Shown: positions 48,010-64,000 of the stretch, piece by piece
Numbering within the stretch: the first letter of the stretch is position 1
How the letters are laid out: the number at the start of each line of letters is the position of its first letter
Assembly: GCF_009914755.1 (NCBI RefSeq)
Contig: NC_060933.1
Direction: 5' to 3' (one strand)
DNA: 64,000 nt
Source of the DNA: the human T2T-CHM13v2.0 reference genome, Homo sapiens
Made by a program: the position numbers and the translations under genes
The notes under the pieces: model-generated
Databases searched by the model: none
Told to the model about the DNA's origin: nothing
The model's input: the letters and a program-made list of their open reading frames with translations, nothing else

Positions 48010-49598
48010 TGTTTGTGAGTTGTTTGTATTTCTGTTTCTGTGGACTCTCTTAAACGTCCTTTGCCCTTTGTTTCTGCTGGACGGTTGGTCTTTTTTTCTT
48101 CCCCAATTTCTAAAAGCTCTTTATATATGAAGGAGATCAACTCTTTTTCTGTGATGTGGGCTACAGATATTTTCCCCCAATATTTCATTTGTCTTATGAC
48201 TTTGTTTATGGTATGTGCCAGATATTCAAATTTTATTTTAATGTAGTACAATTAATCAATTTGATGGTCCTGGATTTTGAGTCGTAGTTAGAAAGTCTTC
48301 CTTTACTCTGAGGTTTTTGACTTTCTGGATTCAGTTTAAAATCTTGCTGTGAGGTCCTATCTTTGAGGCTTCTGATGAAAGAAATAGGGGGCTAGGGGAT
48401 GCTGAATATTCTCTCTCTTTTAATAAAGACTACTTATGAACTTAAAATTACGTATTTAAAGTAAATTCCAATTGAAAAAAAAAATTGCTCCCTCACCACA
48501 TTCTAAATTTGGCTCTAAAAAAAGGAGTTTCAAAAACATGCTCCCTAGAACTCTGACACAAGGAAGAGAGAGGACCCTGGGTCCACTAGGTCTTGATAGA
48601 TTAGTACCCTGTACATTGACCCTTAGCTGGCTGAGCTAAGAGGACACATACCCTTGGACTGGAACAAAAAGAAAATCCAAAAGAGGAAGGAAACAACAAT
48701 AAAATAAAGTTTCAGTTGACAACAACTGCTTGGCAAGTGGGGCCCCAGAGTGAGATGGCTGGGTAAAGGTGAGGCCCGGGTCTCCTGCTACCCACTGCTA
48801 GTCCCCAGGGTAACTGGAACCCAGGGAAGGTGTGGCCATGGGAGGGGGAGGGGCTGTCTGAAAGCAGCTATGGTTGTAGATATGGGAAGGGGGATAAATA
48901 CCTTGACCTGTTTCTCTCCTCCCACCTGCTGTTCTGCCACCGCATTCCATTGGCCAAAACCAACCAGAACCCAACCAGAGGGCAGGGAGGCCAGAGTGAT
49001 GGAGGCTGAGGTGTGTATAGGTCAGCCTCCTGGGGCATAGAGCAGGCAGAGCGTCTTCACTACCCTCTCCCTGCAAAAAGAACCAGATAATAATTTTTTT
49101 TTCTTTTTTGCTGAAGGTCATTCTATCCGATGGGTAATAAATTTTAATGAAAGATCTTCTTCTGATAGCTATTGAGATGGATATGATATATAATATTTTC
49201 TTGCATTTTGGATAAATCTTACTTGGCCATAGTATAATTTTATTTTCATATGCAGTCAAATTATCTTCCTCATCTATATCTTAACCATGATAATAAAATA
49301 TTTCTGAAAAAGTCAAATGTTCCCACAATGAACCTTTACTAAAATCTATATGGAAAAGCACAAAAATAATTTATATAAGCAGAGGACCATGTCTGACTAA
49401 GGATACCTTGTCCACTTGCTTTTATGCCATTGCCATTCCACCACTCTGTCTCTGTAAGAGGATGCATGAAACACCATGTGTCCACCTGCAGCCTGAGAGA
49501 GATATGGGCTGTCAGAGTCAATGAGCTTCCTAGGCCTTCCCCTTACCTGCTTCTTACCGTTCCCTCTGGATATGAGGCCTCCAGATCCCCATCTCTCA

Positions 49599-49923
<325 letters not shown>

Positions 49924-51891
49924 TCAGAGTTTCTGAAAACAACCTTGCAGTGTCTCCTTCATCCCTCTCTAAGAGGCTTTATGGCTCTAGGCTCCAGGGG
50001 TAAAGATGCCCCATCACGGAAGTTGAGAAGGATGGATGAGTATGAGAAGGATGTATCTGAGTATGGCAAGTTTTATTTGGGGAAAGAGTCAAAATATAAA
50101 CACTTCAAGGAAGTGTTTCATATTCATTGCATGCCTATTACAGGTAGTTTATAAAAGCTATCTTTAATCCTTCTAACAACAATTTAATGGAGGTATTTGC
50201 TCCAGCTTACAGTTTGGGAAATTGGGGCTTAAAATAGTTTTAAGAGGCAAACTTCAGATCACACAGCCAACAGCAAGGCAGGCTCTGAGCCCATGTCTGC
50301 CTTCAGCAAAGGCCAAATTTCTTTTAATATGTTCTTTTACCTTTAAGAAAGAAACTTCCTGTGAAAGAAATGCTCACTGCAGGCAGGCAATGATTGAAAT
50401 AAAGAAAAAAACATGCATGGATTAATTTGGTTGATGGTCTGAGTTTTCTGTCCAGAAGAATTCTTTGGTAAAGAAAAAATTATCCAAAATAAGTGATGGG
50501 GATGTCTGTTGCTCTCAGCATTTAAATTACGTTGAATGACACTTAGGAAGATATCTCAACAGAAACAAGCCTTCTCTAGCTGGAGGTGTTTCCTTTTCTT
50601 CTGCACCTGACCTTAGAGGTAAATCATGTCATAGATCAGGCCTAACCTATGGCTTCCTTTCAGTCCCATAGAGTTAAACATATTTTATATTCCCTGAGAA
50701 TCATGGAAACATTCTCAGTCCTCAGAAAGTGCAGAGACTTCTGTGTCTCAGGGCTCCTTCATATTTTTTGAGGGGGCAGGGGGTGGTTGGGGGAAAAAGT
50801 CTTTTTTCAACTAAGAATGGTAAAAGAAATTACTTGCTTGAAATGCAACATTTACTTCTCAAATACAGTCCCTTTCTTATCATGAAAACTTCAATCAAAC
50901 CCATAAACTGTCTATAGTACCCAGTCAAAAATGTTCCTGTGTTACCTATTCTAACAAGCGGATTGTTGGGTTTTTCTTTGGTGGTTTTGAGTACGCCTTA
51001 CCCAAAGGCCTAAGACAACTACCGTCGCCTGGCTTTTTCTTTTCCAGAAATAAAGGAAAGATACGGAAGTCCAATTCAGAAAGTACTGAAATCAAACATC
51101 CAATGGACATTATTCCCTGCAAGGAAACCCCTTATCAGTCTCTTGCAGAGATTCTAAAACGTTATCTCGATAGACCAGATTATGGGGCTGACCCACTCTC
51201 CATGCTGAGTAGGAATCAAACGGACATTCTTTTCTGTCAGCAACCCCTGCTTTGCCAATCCAGATAAATCAATTAATGGGATGCAGAGCTGCTGTCTTGC
51301 CTTTCTCTTCCCCATGCTTACCTCCCTGAGCTCCCCTGGACTCCTCAGTCCCCTGTTTAATACCATCTAAGAGTCCTTATTTACAAGAGGGCTTGTGCAG
51401 GTGCAGGCTTTCAGGCCAGCAGCACAGGAGCAATTGCCCTCCCTCCCCTTCCATCCTCCAGGCTCCCCTCTTTGTGAGACACTTTTTTCTTTTCTCTGCT
51501 TTTCAGACCAAAGACGCCCCTCAGCAGCTAATCTAATCGGATTATGCTAATTTGTACTTCATGAACCTAAACAGCATAACTAGATCTGCAGAGGGCTAAG
51601 GCCAGGAAGAGAGGGACAATGACTTTGTCAGTAAACCTACCCACAAAAAAGTGCAAAAAGAATGTATGTCCTGTGTTTAGCCACACAAAGCTGCTCCTCT
51701 GGGAAGCCTACAGAGCTCTTGACAATTTAGAGTGCTCAGGAGCGGTCTATGTTCAGAACAGAAAAGGCGGCACAGTGAAGGCACAATAAAGACCACAATG
51801 GCAAGGCTGTTTCTCCCTGTGAAAAAGTAAGGCCCCACTTCTTCCTCTTCCCAGTTTACTTACTTTCACCTCTTGGCTAATCAATTTGTAA

Positions 51892-52437
<546 letters not shown>

Positions 52438-55054
52438 CATCACAGATAGTTTTTAAAGACAATGTATGTTCATACAAAGCTTTATATTTTATCAAAATAT
52501 ATAAGTATATAGTGTAATTTTCATAATAGACTATGAGATAAATAAAACTGGTATTTTCAACCCCATTTTGAAGTCTTGAAACTGAGATTTTGAGATATTA
52601 AGTGGCTCCACCAAGAGAAATCCTCCAGTTACCAATTAGACTTCTGATTCCAGAGCTAGTGTTCCCTGTCCTCTCAGCATGCTACCTCACATAAGGCTGG
52701 AGGGGACCTTACGAGGTCAGCAAGTCAGTTCTCATGCATATGAGTAGGATTGTACACAAAACTTTAAAAATTTTACACTAATAGCCTTTAAAAAGTCTTC
52801 ACGCATTGTGAAATTGGAGAACTGACCCTCTTTCCCATGAGGTTCTTGATGTCCTGGGTGGTTGACACTCAGTACTTTTGCTTATTAGTTTCTAAGCAGG
52901 CTATTCCTTTGGATGATGAAGCCCAAGCAGTTGGAGACATCTTCCCTGGAGATTGTCTGCCACACACCTGTCTCTGTCACAGCTGGCAGTGGAATGCGCC
53001 TTTCTCTTATCCAGAGGACTCATTCCCTCTGGATCTCTCACTGAGTTCCTGCTTCTGATCTGAGAGACTCTTGTAATTCACAGTCCATTTACACAGCTGA
53101 AAAGATTTACTACCCTGAAATTAATGAATTACTGAGGCCTTCTCAGTCAGATGCTCATTTTGCCACATCTTCCTTTCCACCACCCCTGAAATAGCTTAAA
53201 CAGACTGCAACAAATATGCAGCAATGATTAGTTTCTGTCAACAGAAGAAAAGGAGGGCACTTTTCATCTGTTTTCATTCCTGCCCCCTCTCCCTTTTAAA
53301 GCTAAAGAACATCCTTATGAATTCTCATAGCCTCAGATGCTGGTTTGGGATGAGGAGTGGAAGGGCAGAGGGTCGGAGGTGGAAGATTTCAGATAAATTT
53401 AAATAAATGATTTCTTAACACCAAAATATCCTTATTCAACTCACAATTGCCTTAGGATAGCTTTTTGTCTGGAAAGTTTCCACTAATAGTTTTAACTCAA
53501 TTTTCTTAGATGGTTAATTATTACAGATCAATTTCAGACTTTCTTTTACTACTAGCCATCTAAACAATAATGAATATTTAAACACCTTAACCTTGGTGTT
53601 AATTTTGCTGTGGATGGCTTTCTTTTGCTGATGTAATGCTGCCCTGTTGGATTTTTGTGCTCCATCCACATTCTTTTGTCAAATTATCATAATGGACTAA
53701 CGACTAAGGGTTAGGGTGGATGTGGGCTGCAGTGTAGATGATTTACCAAACTATTTACCTTGACCACTTTCAAATTAATTATCATAGAAATCACTCTGTG
53801 AATAAGATGATTTGTTTGTGAAAACTGTAGTGATATAGATATTTTTAACCTAGAGGAATTAAAAAAATCTGGCTAACATTTAAAAAAATCCCTGATGAAT
53901 AGGAAATCTTTGTATTGTATAAGGTTAGGTAAGACCTACTAATAAACATTATTATTATGCTAGAAATTGTATTACTGAATCTATTCTGACAGTTTTTTCC
54001 CTTTTGTGTTGTTTAGATTCCAGGATTCTCCATAGGCAGAGTCTAACTGATCCCTGATGTAGAATACTATGTCAACTATCCTCCGAACCCCAGTTATACA
54101 GTTGAGTGCAGTCTCTAAGAGCTGCTGCTACTGTTAGTGTAATACAGACAAAACGAAGAACGGAAAGGAGTTATATGTCAGGTTAGAATAGGCAGGATGC
54201 CAAAAACCAAGTCCAAATAGCTTTGGGTGTTTTGCCTAGGATCAGTTTCTAGGGTAGCACAATGGGAATTCCCACATGCAAATGCAACATAAGAATCAAA
54301 GTCCACTGTCACCTCTGGGATTAAAGCCAGAGAAAGTCAACAAACAGAAAAGACCAGACGGTTATCAGATCCCCTGGTTTGGTTTATTTGGGCTTCTTAT
54401 AAAGACATGTTGTATCATCTCTGTGACTGTCCTTCATTATTTATAACGACACAGCTCTCTGGACTTGTGTGTCAGTAGCTTCCCACTATGGCATTCTTTC
54501 CCCCAACTTTGTACTAGGTGTCTAGTCAGAGTAGTGCTGGTCTTTGGACTTTGCCGGAAGGTGGCTGTGGAAAGATGCCATATGTTTGAGGTATCGCAGA
54601 AGTGGGGGGCAACTTTTCAGTTTCACTCATTTACCTTTTCCCCAGCTCCCGATCCCCACCCACTAAACACTGCAGTTGCTCTGATGCCAGAGGGAGTCCT
54701 TGAGCTCTTTCTTCATCATTCTGAAGAATATAAAAATTTATCTGCTTTCTGAGCCTAGTCTTTGGTAGATGCATATGCCATGGATCAGGGGCCAATATAC
54801 CAATGAATATAGCGGTGGGCCTCAGAGATTCCCAATATGATGCTGGAGGAGGGGATGTTTGGGGTGCTTGAGCCCATGGTTTTGTGGTTAGATATATAAA
54901 CAGAAACAAGAGAAGGAGACTGTTCTATGGAATAGTCCATCATATGGTGGCCACCTTGCCTGCACGACACCTGTTCTTCCACCTACTTAATACAGAAATT
55001 TTTGCGTCAGTTCATGGACTTGGATTTGGGCTTCTAGGAGGCAGCTATTGTGGA

Positions 55055-55390
55055 TGTTGGGGCTCAGAAAACAATACCCCAAAATGAAGGCCTCAGAATC
55101 AGCCTTAAGAGCAAAAGTTTTTCTTTGATCTTTTCCTGCTGTCCTGTCTTTCAGTCCCATTCTCCCCTGAGGCTAGCCATAGAAGGTATTACAAGTAATG
55201 GCAAAAACCACAATTACTTTTGCATCAATCTAATAGACTCCTTCTTCCCCAAGATGGGTTAAATTAGTAGTAATCAGAACCCCTTTTCCCCAAAGCTAGC
55301 CATAAACCCTAAAAATATTACTCTAACTTGCTTTCTGCCTCATGTCAGTGATTTTCAGCAAAGCTTCAGGGGTTCTCCTTGGATCCCAAA
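55055..55390 (+). mobile_element. ERV1 LTR fragment (MER39-like) with a partial MADE1 insert
   Basis: Starts tgttggggctcagaaaacaataccccaaaatg. Confidence 0.6.
55193..55235. mobile_element. Half MADE1 (Hsmar1 MITE) arm
   Basis: aagtaatggcaaaaaccacaattacttttgcatcaatctaata matches one MADE1 inverted-repeat arm. Confidence 0.8.
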
Positions 55391-56765
55391 CTTGGAGACC
55401 AGAGTCCTAGTCAACTTTCAAGCTGGGCACACTGTGACTCAAGATCTGGGAGAATGTCCGCTATTTAGTGGCCTAATTTGCTGCCATGTGATTGGCTAGA
55501 ACCCTTCTGAAAGAAATTCCTTGTTTTAAATTCAGGGAGGCAGACAAAACACTATGGTATATAAAATGAGGTTATGATTCTAGAGCATTTGACAGCTAGC
55601 TGGTTCCCAGACTTTCTTAACCTCTCTAGTTTGAGTTAGCAGCTCAACCTCCAAGAGCTGTCACAATACCTTGTGTTTCCTGCTGTTATAGCATTTATCA
55701 TGCCATACAATCTTTGTTCATTTGTTTGTGTACTATTAAAGTGAAGCTTCCTGAAAGCCTGGAGATGTTCTGTATCTGGACATAAAATTGATTAGATGCA
55801 TGACCAGCCTTTGGGAATTTCATCATAAATATCTTCCAAGAGTCCAACGTAGGCAGTGATGGTTGTGGTCATTTTTTCAAATAACTATTGAAGCACTCAC
55901 CATTCCACTTCTCCTGAATGGCGGTCTTTAGGGGAATTGATGAATTCTCATCTCTATCCTCACTGACTCTCAGGATCTAGCAGCCAGTAGAGAACAGCTG
56001 CTTAATGAATTTCAAGGCTGATTTCAGGTACCTTCGCCACTGAGCTCTGAGTCCTGGGGGGATGACATGTATTATTAGTTCCTGGCCAGGCACCTCCAAG
56101 AGCCTCATAAAATTTGCATGTGTCTGGAGCCCAAATTATATGTTTGTTCAAGCAATAACACAAGACAAGAATCTTACCCCTACTTAGGTGAAATTACTTC
56201 CCTTTCGGGAAGGAGAGGAGGGCCCTTGTACTATGCAGAAGCATATAATTGAGCCCCATAGTAGACTTGGAGTCTGCCACCCTATCTGCTTTTTAAGCAT
56301 CTCTGCCCCTGAATGTAAAAAAAAAAAAAAAATAGAAATTAAAAAAAAAAGAAGTAAATGACATGCAAAGCCAATCATTTTTAAGGCCTTAGATTACTAG
56401 CGCCCAAAGATGATCTTTGATGATTAACCTGGAGTTATTAACTTCATCTGCTCTGGAAGTAATTCTTTGAGAAACAAACTTCAGGGAAGCATGGGATTAA
56501 GGAAATTGTATACAATTTAGCTGTTATGACTCAGGGTTCCAGAAGGAACCTCTGACTGAGCTGATGACACAGCAATGCCTCTGACAAACACTTAAGTGAG
56601 TAAGGATAGGATAAGATAGGATAGGCTCTTATCCCTTAGTTCACCATGCTACTCCCAGGTCTCTCTGGAGAGACAGAAAACCTAATCAGAGCCAGACTGC
56701 TTACTAGGTCCCAAGTTGCCTTGCATGTTTGTTAGAAGATGTCATTTTACCCACTTTATTGAATC

Positions 56766-57064
<299 letters not shown>

Positions 57065-57069
57065 TATTG

Positions 57070-58410
57070 AAATTTTTTGAAGTATGAAATACATACAGAA
57101 AAGTACACAAACCATAAAAATGCAGCTCTATGAATTTTCACAAAGTGAACACCCCAAGCCCATAAAACAGAACCCAAACTCCAGAACTCCCTTCCTGCAT
57201 CCAACAAAAAACATGATATGGACTTCTAATTTCATAAATTGGTTTTGCCTGTTTTCGAACTCTATATAAATGGAATCATGCAAAATGTATTTTTTTAAGT
57301 CTCTGGCTTCTTTTAATACTATGTTTGTCCGATTTATTGATTTTGATGCAGGTAGCATTATTTTATTCATTCTAATTGCTGTATACAATATTGTATATAT
57401 ATTGCAAGTCTATACCAAGATTTACTCATTTGTACTACTTTTAATGAACATTTGGGTTGGGGCTGTTATAAGCATTGCTGCTATGAACACTTGTGTAGAT
57501 GTTTTTGGTGAACATATGCCCCCTTTAGAAGTGGAATTGCTGGGTCCGAGGACATGTATATGTTCACTATTAGCATATATCACTAGTTTTCCAAAGTGGT
57601 TGTACCAATTTATATTCTCACCAACAGTGTGAGAGAGTTCAAGTTGCCTAGCATCCTCACCAGCACTTGGTTATTACCTCTTTTTTTTTTTTCATTTTAG
57701 CCATTTTGATAAGCATATCTTACTGTAGTTTATTTAACATTTTCATTAGTATTTCCGTGATGACTATTGAAATCAAGCACCTCTTCAGAAGTTTACTGAT
57801 TATTAGATATCCTCTTTCCTGAATTACCTGTAAAGGCTTTTGACTATTTTTGTATTGAGCTTTCTTAAAAAATTAGTTGTCTTTCATTTATTGACTTATG
57901 CAAGTTCTTTAAAGTTTCTGGTAAGAGTCTATTGTTGGAAATACATATATGTGTGTGTTTGGGTATGTGTATGTGCATATAACAAGTATCTTCTTTTCTT
58001 GCCTTTTTACTTTTTTTTTTTTTTTTTTGAGATACGGTCTCACTCTGTCACCCAGGCTGGAGTACAGTGGCGTGATCTCGGCTCACTGCAACTTTGACAG
58101 CCTGGGCTCAAGCGATCCTCCCACCTCAGCTTTCCCAGTAGCTGGGATTACAGGCAAGCACCACCGTGCCTGGCTAATTTTTTTTATTTTTTGTAGAGAC
58201 CAGGATTTGCCATGTTGCTTAGGCTGGTCTCAAACTCCTGGGCTCAAGGGATCCGCCTGCCTCGGCCTCCCAAAGTGCTGGGATTACAGGAGGGAGCCAC
58301 CGCGCCAGGCCCCTTTTTACTCTCTTAAAGTGTCTTTTGGTAACTGGAAGTTTTCAATGTTAATGTAATCTTATTTATCAATTTTTTCTTCTCTGATTAG
58401 GGCTTTTTGT
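57070..58410 (-). mobile_element. Ancient L1M 3' fragment with nested Alu
   Basis: Reverse L1 sequence (ttttccaaagtggttgtaccaatttatattctcaccaacagtgtgagagagttc). Confidence 0.7.
58011..58311 (-). mobile_element. Alu (J-like)
   Basis: Poly-T plus reverse consensus inside L1. Confidence 0.9.
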
Positions 58411-59903
58411 GAGAAGGTGTCTTTTGGATGGCAAATCTTTTTTGGTGCAACTCTTCACCTGCCTGGGAGAAATCCTTGTTTGGCCTCTGCCAGTGCTGGC
58501 ATCAGTAGTTTTATATGGCTGGTCATCCACACTGTCCCTGACGTGTCTTCTTACTTCATTGAATTTTTCTCACCTAACCTTTTTGCTCTGGTAACATTGA
58601 TGCCAGCTGACTACACCTCATCTATCCTTAGGTTGGATTTCTTAGTCTGAACTATGATCTGACTGACCAAACTTGCCAACCACCCAGTCTAATTAGCCAG
58701 TCTCAATCTCCTTTTATCTAAATTTATCTTCAGCCTCTCTTCTGATTATGGATTTGCAGCAGCTGTCAGCCCAGTTGTCCTAACCTCAGTCTAGTAGGGA
58801 ACATTCCCAGCCTTTATTTAGACTATGTCCTGGCTAACACTTTTTTATTTTGGCATCTCAAGCTTAGGTGAATTTAGAGGACCAGAGAGGCCCTATTGAA
58901 GACTTTTCCAAAATGAACTAGTATATTTCAATATAGAGGACTTGTAGCTGGGAGCATGTGAAAACAGAACTAGAAAAACTCAAGAACATGGCTTTAGTCA
59001 AAGCAATATCATCATCTTTGTGTATTAAAGGAAGCATTACTGTTATTTCTACTTGGGCATATGTTATTACACATGTATAACACTGAAAAAAGGATATAAA
59101 ACTAAAAAACAAAACACAAACCAAAAGGGAGAAAAAAAGAAAAAATTCCCAAACTTTTTCCGTGGAATGTTACAATTTTTCTTAACTTCCTGAAGTCTGT
59201 AACCTAAGCATCCTTTTTTATTGCACACTGATAATTCTGTTCATCATTTCAATTAGGTAAAACAGGTCAATACACTAGAACACAAATTTGACTGCTTTTA
59301 TGCAGTTGGTAATTTTTATGAAATTAGGTCCAAATTAAATTCTATTCATGACAAGAGAAAATTATTCAAAAAGTCATTACAATATTTGGAAAATAAATTT
59401 TGAATAATAATAACCAACCTGTATCGAGGGATTTCTGCGTGCTGGGCACTGTTTTTTACATGTGTCGATATATTTAATATTTACAAAAAAACTCATGAAG
59501 TCCAGATTTTTATTTTTGTCATCCTGGGAATGAGAAAACAGTTACAAAGAAACTTGTCTAAAATACTTCAACTAGCAGCTGGCAGGGCCGGGCTTTGACT
59601 GAGGATGTCTAGCCTCATCACCTGCAGTCTTAATCACTGAGCCTCTAAAATCAATATAATCTATACAATATTAGCAGTTAAGAAAGCAGTAGGAAAGGAA
59701 CTTCCAAATTCCTACTAAGAGATCTGGAGATCTGGATAGTCTAGAACAAGAGTAACAGTTAAGGTTTATCAAGCATTTGCCTTGTGGCAGGCACTTGTGA
59801 AAGCAATTTATATACCTGATCTCTTAATTTTGAAAACAACACTGTGAAGTAAGTACTGTTATTCTTATGTTAAAGACGAAGACACAGGCTTATAGAGATT
59901 TAG

Positions 59904-60224
<321 letters not shown>

Positions 60225-60425
60225 AGCAACTATTTTCTATGAGGTTACACAATGAGTGGAGTGTCTGACTTTCAGGCCTGTATGTTTTATGCTACCACCA
60301 TACTACACTGCCTCCCAAGATGAGACTATTTCTCAAATGAACTCAAGATGTAGTCAAGGATGTAATTTGATATGCTGCTAGTGGCTAGTTAAGCCTAACA
60401 GAAAAGTAGCTAAAGAGGTGGAAGA

Positions 60426-60795
60426 TGCAGCCATAAAAAAGAATGAGTTCATGTCCTTTGCAGGGACATGGATGAAACTGGAAGCCATCATTCTCAGCAA
60501 ACTAACACAGGAACAGAAAACCAAACACCGCATGTTCTCACTCATAAGTGGGAGTTGAACAATGAGAACACATAGACACAGGGAGGGGAACATCACACAC
60601 CAGGGCCTGTCGGGGGTGGGGGGCTAGGGGAGGGAGAGAGCATTAGGACAAATACCTAATGCAAGCGGGGCTTAAAACCTGGATGGTGGGTTGATAGGTG
60701 CAGCAAACCACCATGGCACATGTATGCCTATGTAACAAACCTGCATGTTCTGCACATGTATTCCAGAACTTAAGGTAAAATAAAAAGAAAAAAGA
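60426..60795 (+). mobile_element. LINE-1 3' fragment (older L1PA)
   Basis: L1 ORF2 end and 3'UTR; TSD AAAGA(G/A)GTGGAAGA at 60412-60425 and 60796-60809. Confidence 0.88.
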
Positions 60796-61705
60796 AAAGA
60801 AGTGGAAGAATGCCTTTGCTATCATAATCGGATGGTTCCTGTCTGAAAGATGGGATACATATTTACCAAGTGAATAAACACTGTAAATAACCTGATAGTC
60901 CAGTTGAAACAGCAGAGATCGGAAAGATTTTACATGGGGTTCTCCAAGATGGATTTCCAGTTTTATGAACTACTTGCAAGGAAAAAATTCTTTCCAAGGT
61001 TAAATTACTGGGGGATATTATCCCCTTCTTAGATAATCATAATGCCTATGAAAAGTTCTGCTGTTATTAATAGTAAAAATATTCTCCTTAGCTTTTTTTG
61101 GATTGAGGAAGCATTACCAATTTTTGTATGCAAAACCATAAGAATATCCAGCTTCATGGATAAAAAATAGAATACTAGTAGATTTTTACATTTTACAGAT
61201 TTTATATCTTACATTATTTATAGTTATTTAAGGCACATACAGTGATTGAAACATTCCTTGGACTATACATTCTATCCATACATATACGATTCCACTAATT
61301 GACCATTATCTTTAACAATAGTCCTGAAAATATATGTGATGTAGACCCATTCTGTATGAAAGCTAGACAAGTTTGGACTCAACCAAGGAAGTCTGTATTT
61401 ATTGTCAATTGTCGCATGGAAACAGCTTACGTTGGAATAATTTCGCTTGGTGATTGTTAATCCACCTGCAACTGCATTTTCCCTCTCTGTGTCTACGGAC
61501 CCTCCTGACCATGCATGCTCTGGTATTTGGACACATTTATAAATCCCTAGGTACGATTCTTTTTATTTGCCCATATATCAAGTACATGTGTTCTCACTGC
61601 TAGTGTTTCGGTTTGATCAACCCATCTATACAGATAACCGACACTTTGTGGGTTCCCAGCCACAGCCATGTGCATTTTCTTTCAAACCTCACCCATCCAT
61701 CTTAT

Positions 61706-62051
<346 letters not shown>

Positions 62052-63199
62052 TAATTTATCGTGAAATTCCATTAGATCCCCTAAGACAAAAGATGCTACT
62101 TCTACATTCTGAAAAGACAATTAAGCCCTGTCTATGCAGGACTTAATAAAATATAACAGCTGGCCTAGTGAACTTCACTTTCAACAATCCAAGAGGTCAA
62201 GAATTTGAAGGGAAATTCATGGAAGGGAATTCAGAGGGCTAGAGGCTTTGCCTTCCTACTCCTCTCCCTGTGAAGAAAGAGGTGCTAACTTCCCCCAAGC
62301 CAATTCAGACTCTATTTAAGCAGATAAGAAATTATTTTTTCACGTAACAGGAAGTCTGAGAAGGACAGTTGATAACTTCAATGATCTGCTATTTTCTCTC
62401 ATGGTCACAACATGGCTGCCCTAGCTCTAGGCAGAAAGACAAGGAGAAGGGCCAATGTCAAGGGCATAGTCCCTTTTATCAGAGAAGCCACATATTTTCA
62501 TTGATCTATTTTTCTATTTTTTCACCAATATCGTACGTCTTGATTATCACCGTAGCTTTATAGTAAATCTTGAGGCTGGACAGTGTCAGTCCTTCAACTT
62601 TGTTTTTCCTTACTTTGTTTTCAGAAGCATGTCAACCTAGGTCCCCTGAAGTTTTATTTGCCAGTATCCTAACACAAGTTCACACCTTGCTGAGAGGCTG
62701 AACAAACTATATCTAATGTTTTAACCGGATACACAGAGTTGAATATGTGTGCTGGGTTATTCAACCAGTGGTGTCTGCCTTAACTGTAGAGGTTAGGAGA
62801 TCTTGCTGTGTGAGCTCCATGGCATCATTGGGGAACCCACAAATAAACCCCATGAATGAGTCTGCATTGACAGCCTGCCATAGAGAAGAATATCAATAGC
62901 CAAAAGCAAACCAAGACAAAGAAACCAAAAAACAAAAACTATGACCAACATTTGCCAACTAGAAAGTCTTCTGTTCCTTTTCTCTAATTTCCCTCCTCAC
63001 TGCCCTAACCCTAGAAGACATAGCAGATGAAAGGAGCAGAAGATGAAGAAAGGCTGGAGGACTCCACCATGCCCATTGCCCCATCAAAGTCTCTGAGACA
63101 GGCAGTCCTGAGCAAATGGGAGGAAAGAAGTTCTATATTGCATGTAAGATGGATGTTTTAACTGGACTGGACTTTTTATTTTATTTAAAAAATATCTTA

Positions 63200-63382
<183 letters not shown>

Positions 63383-63688
63383 TTAAATGACAACAAAGCA
63401 ATGGGATCTGCTGAGATAATGTCAAAGAATGGGATGGGGTTACTAATGATTACTAATTGGTCTTCCTGGCCCTTATCTGGTGGGTGGCCTTTTCATTGCT
63501 GTAGGGATGCTGAATCTCTCTGTAAAGGAAAACTTCAAAAGAAGTATTTGGGTTCTGTTAGACAGGAGAAAACCTAGTAGGAGTACATAGGGAAGACTGA
63601 TTGTAACAGAATAGTAACAAATTTTGGTCTGTCACTGCCCATGGTGACCTCTCTAGCACTTAGTTTCCTACTTTAAAATAAATGGGTT

Positions 63689-64000
<312 letters not shown>

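Noticed and set aside
51482-51506. Strong acceptor-like tract as an unannotated exon
   Set aside because: No convincing ORF or host transcript can be supported from sequence alone.

Overview
Primate genomic DNA, almost certainly human 9q31. The window holds the final intron and terminal exon of FKTN (fukutin; coding 9731-9944, about 5.9 kb of 3'UTR) and the complete bHLH gene TAL2 (CDS 37178-37504). A TATA-containing CpG island about 6.2 kb upstream of TAL2 probably carries its non-coding first exon. The rest is mostly interspersed repeats (about 30 Alus, L1s of several ages, LTRs, MIR/L2, DNA-transposon fossils), and nearly all ORFs in the supplied track come from these or from chance. I do not see a clearly new biological system. 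The most notable features are: (1) a ~4.95 kb internal intron in FKTN's last exon that spans the empty Fukuyama-dystrophy SVA insertion site; (2) an Alu 3' of TAL2 flanked by a ~125 bp direct repeat, with a third copy nearby; (3) a (GGC)6 tract abutting the candidate TAL2 TATA box, plus a perfect NF-kB site; (4) a candidate Otx/POU/Sox enhancer near 51.5 kb. Repeat subfamily names and literature links are from memory, and repeat boundaries are approximate.
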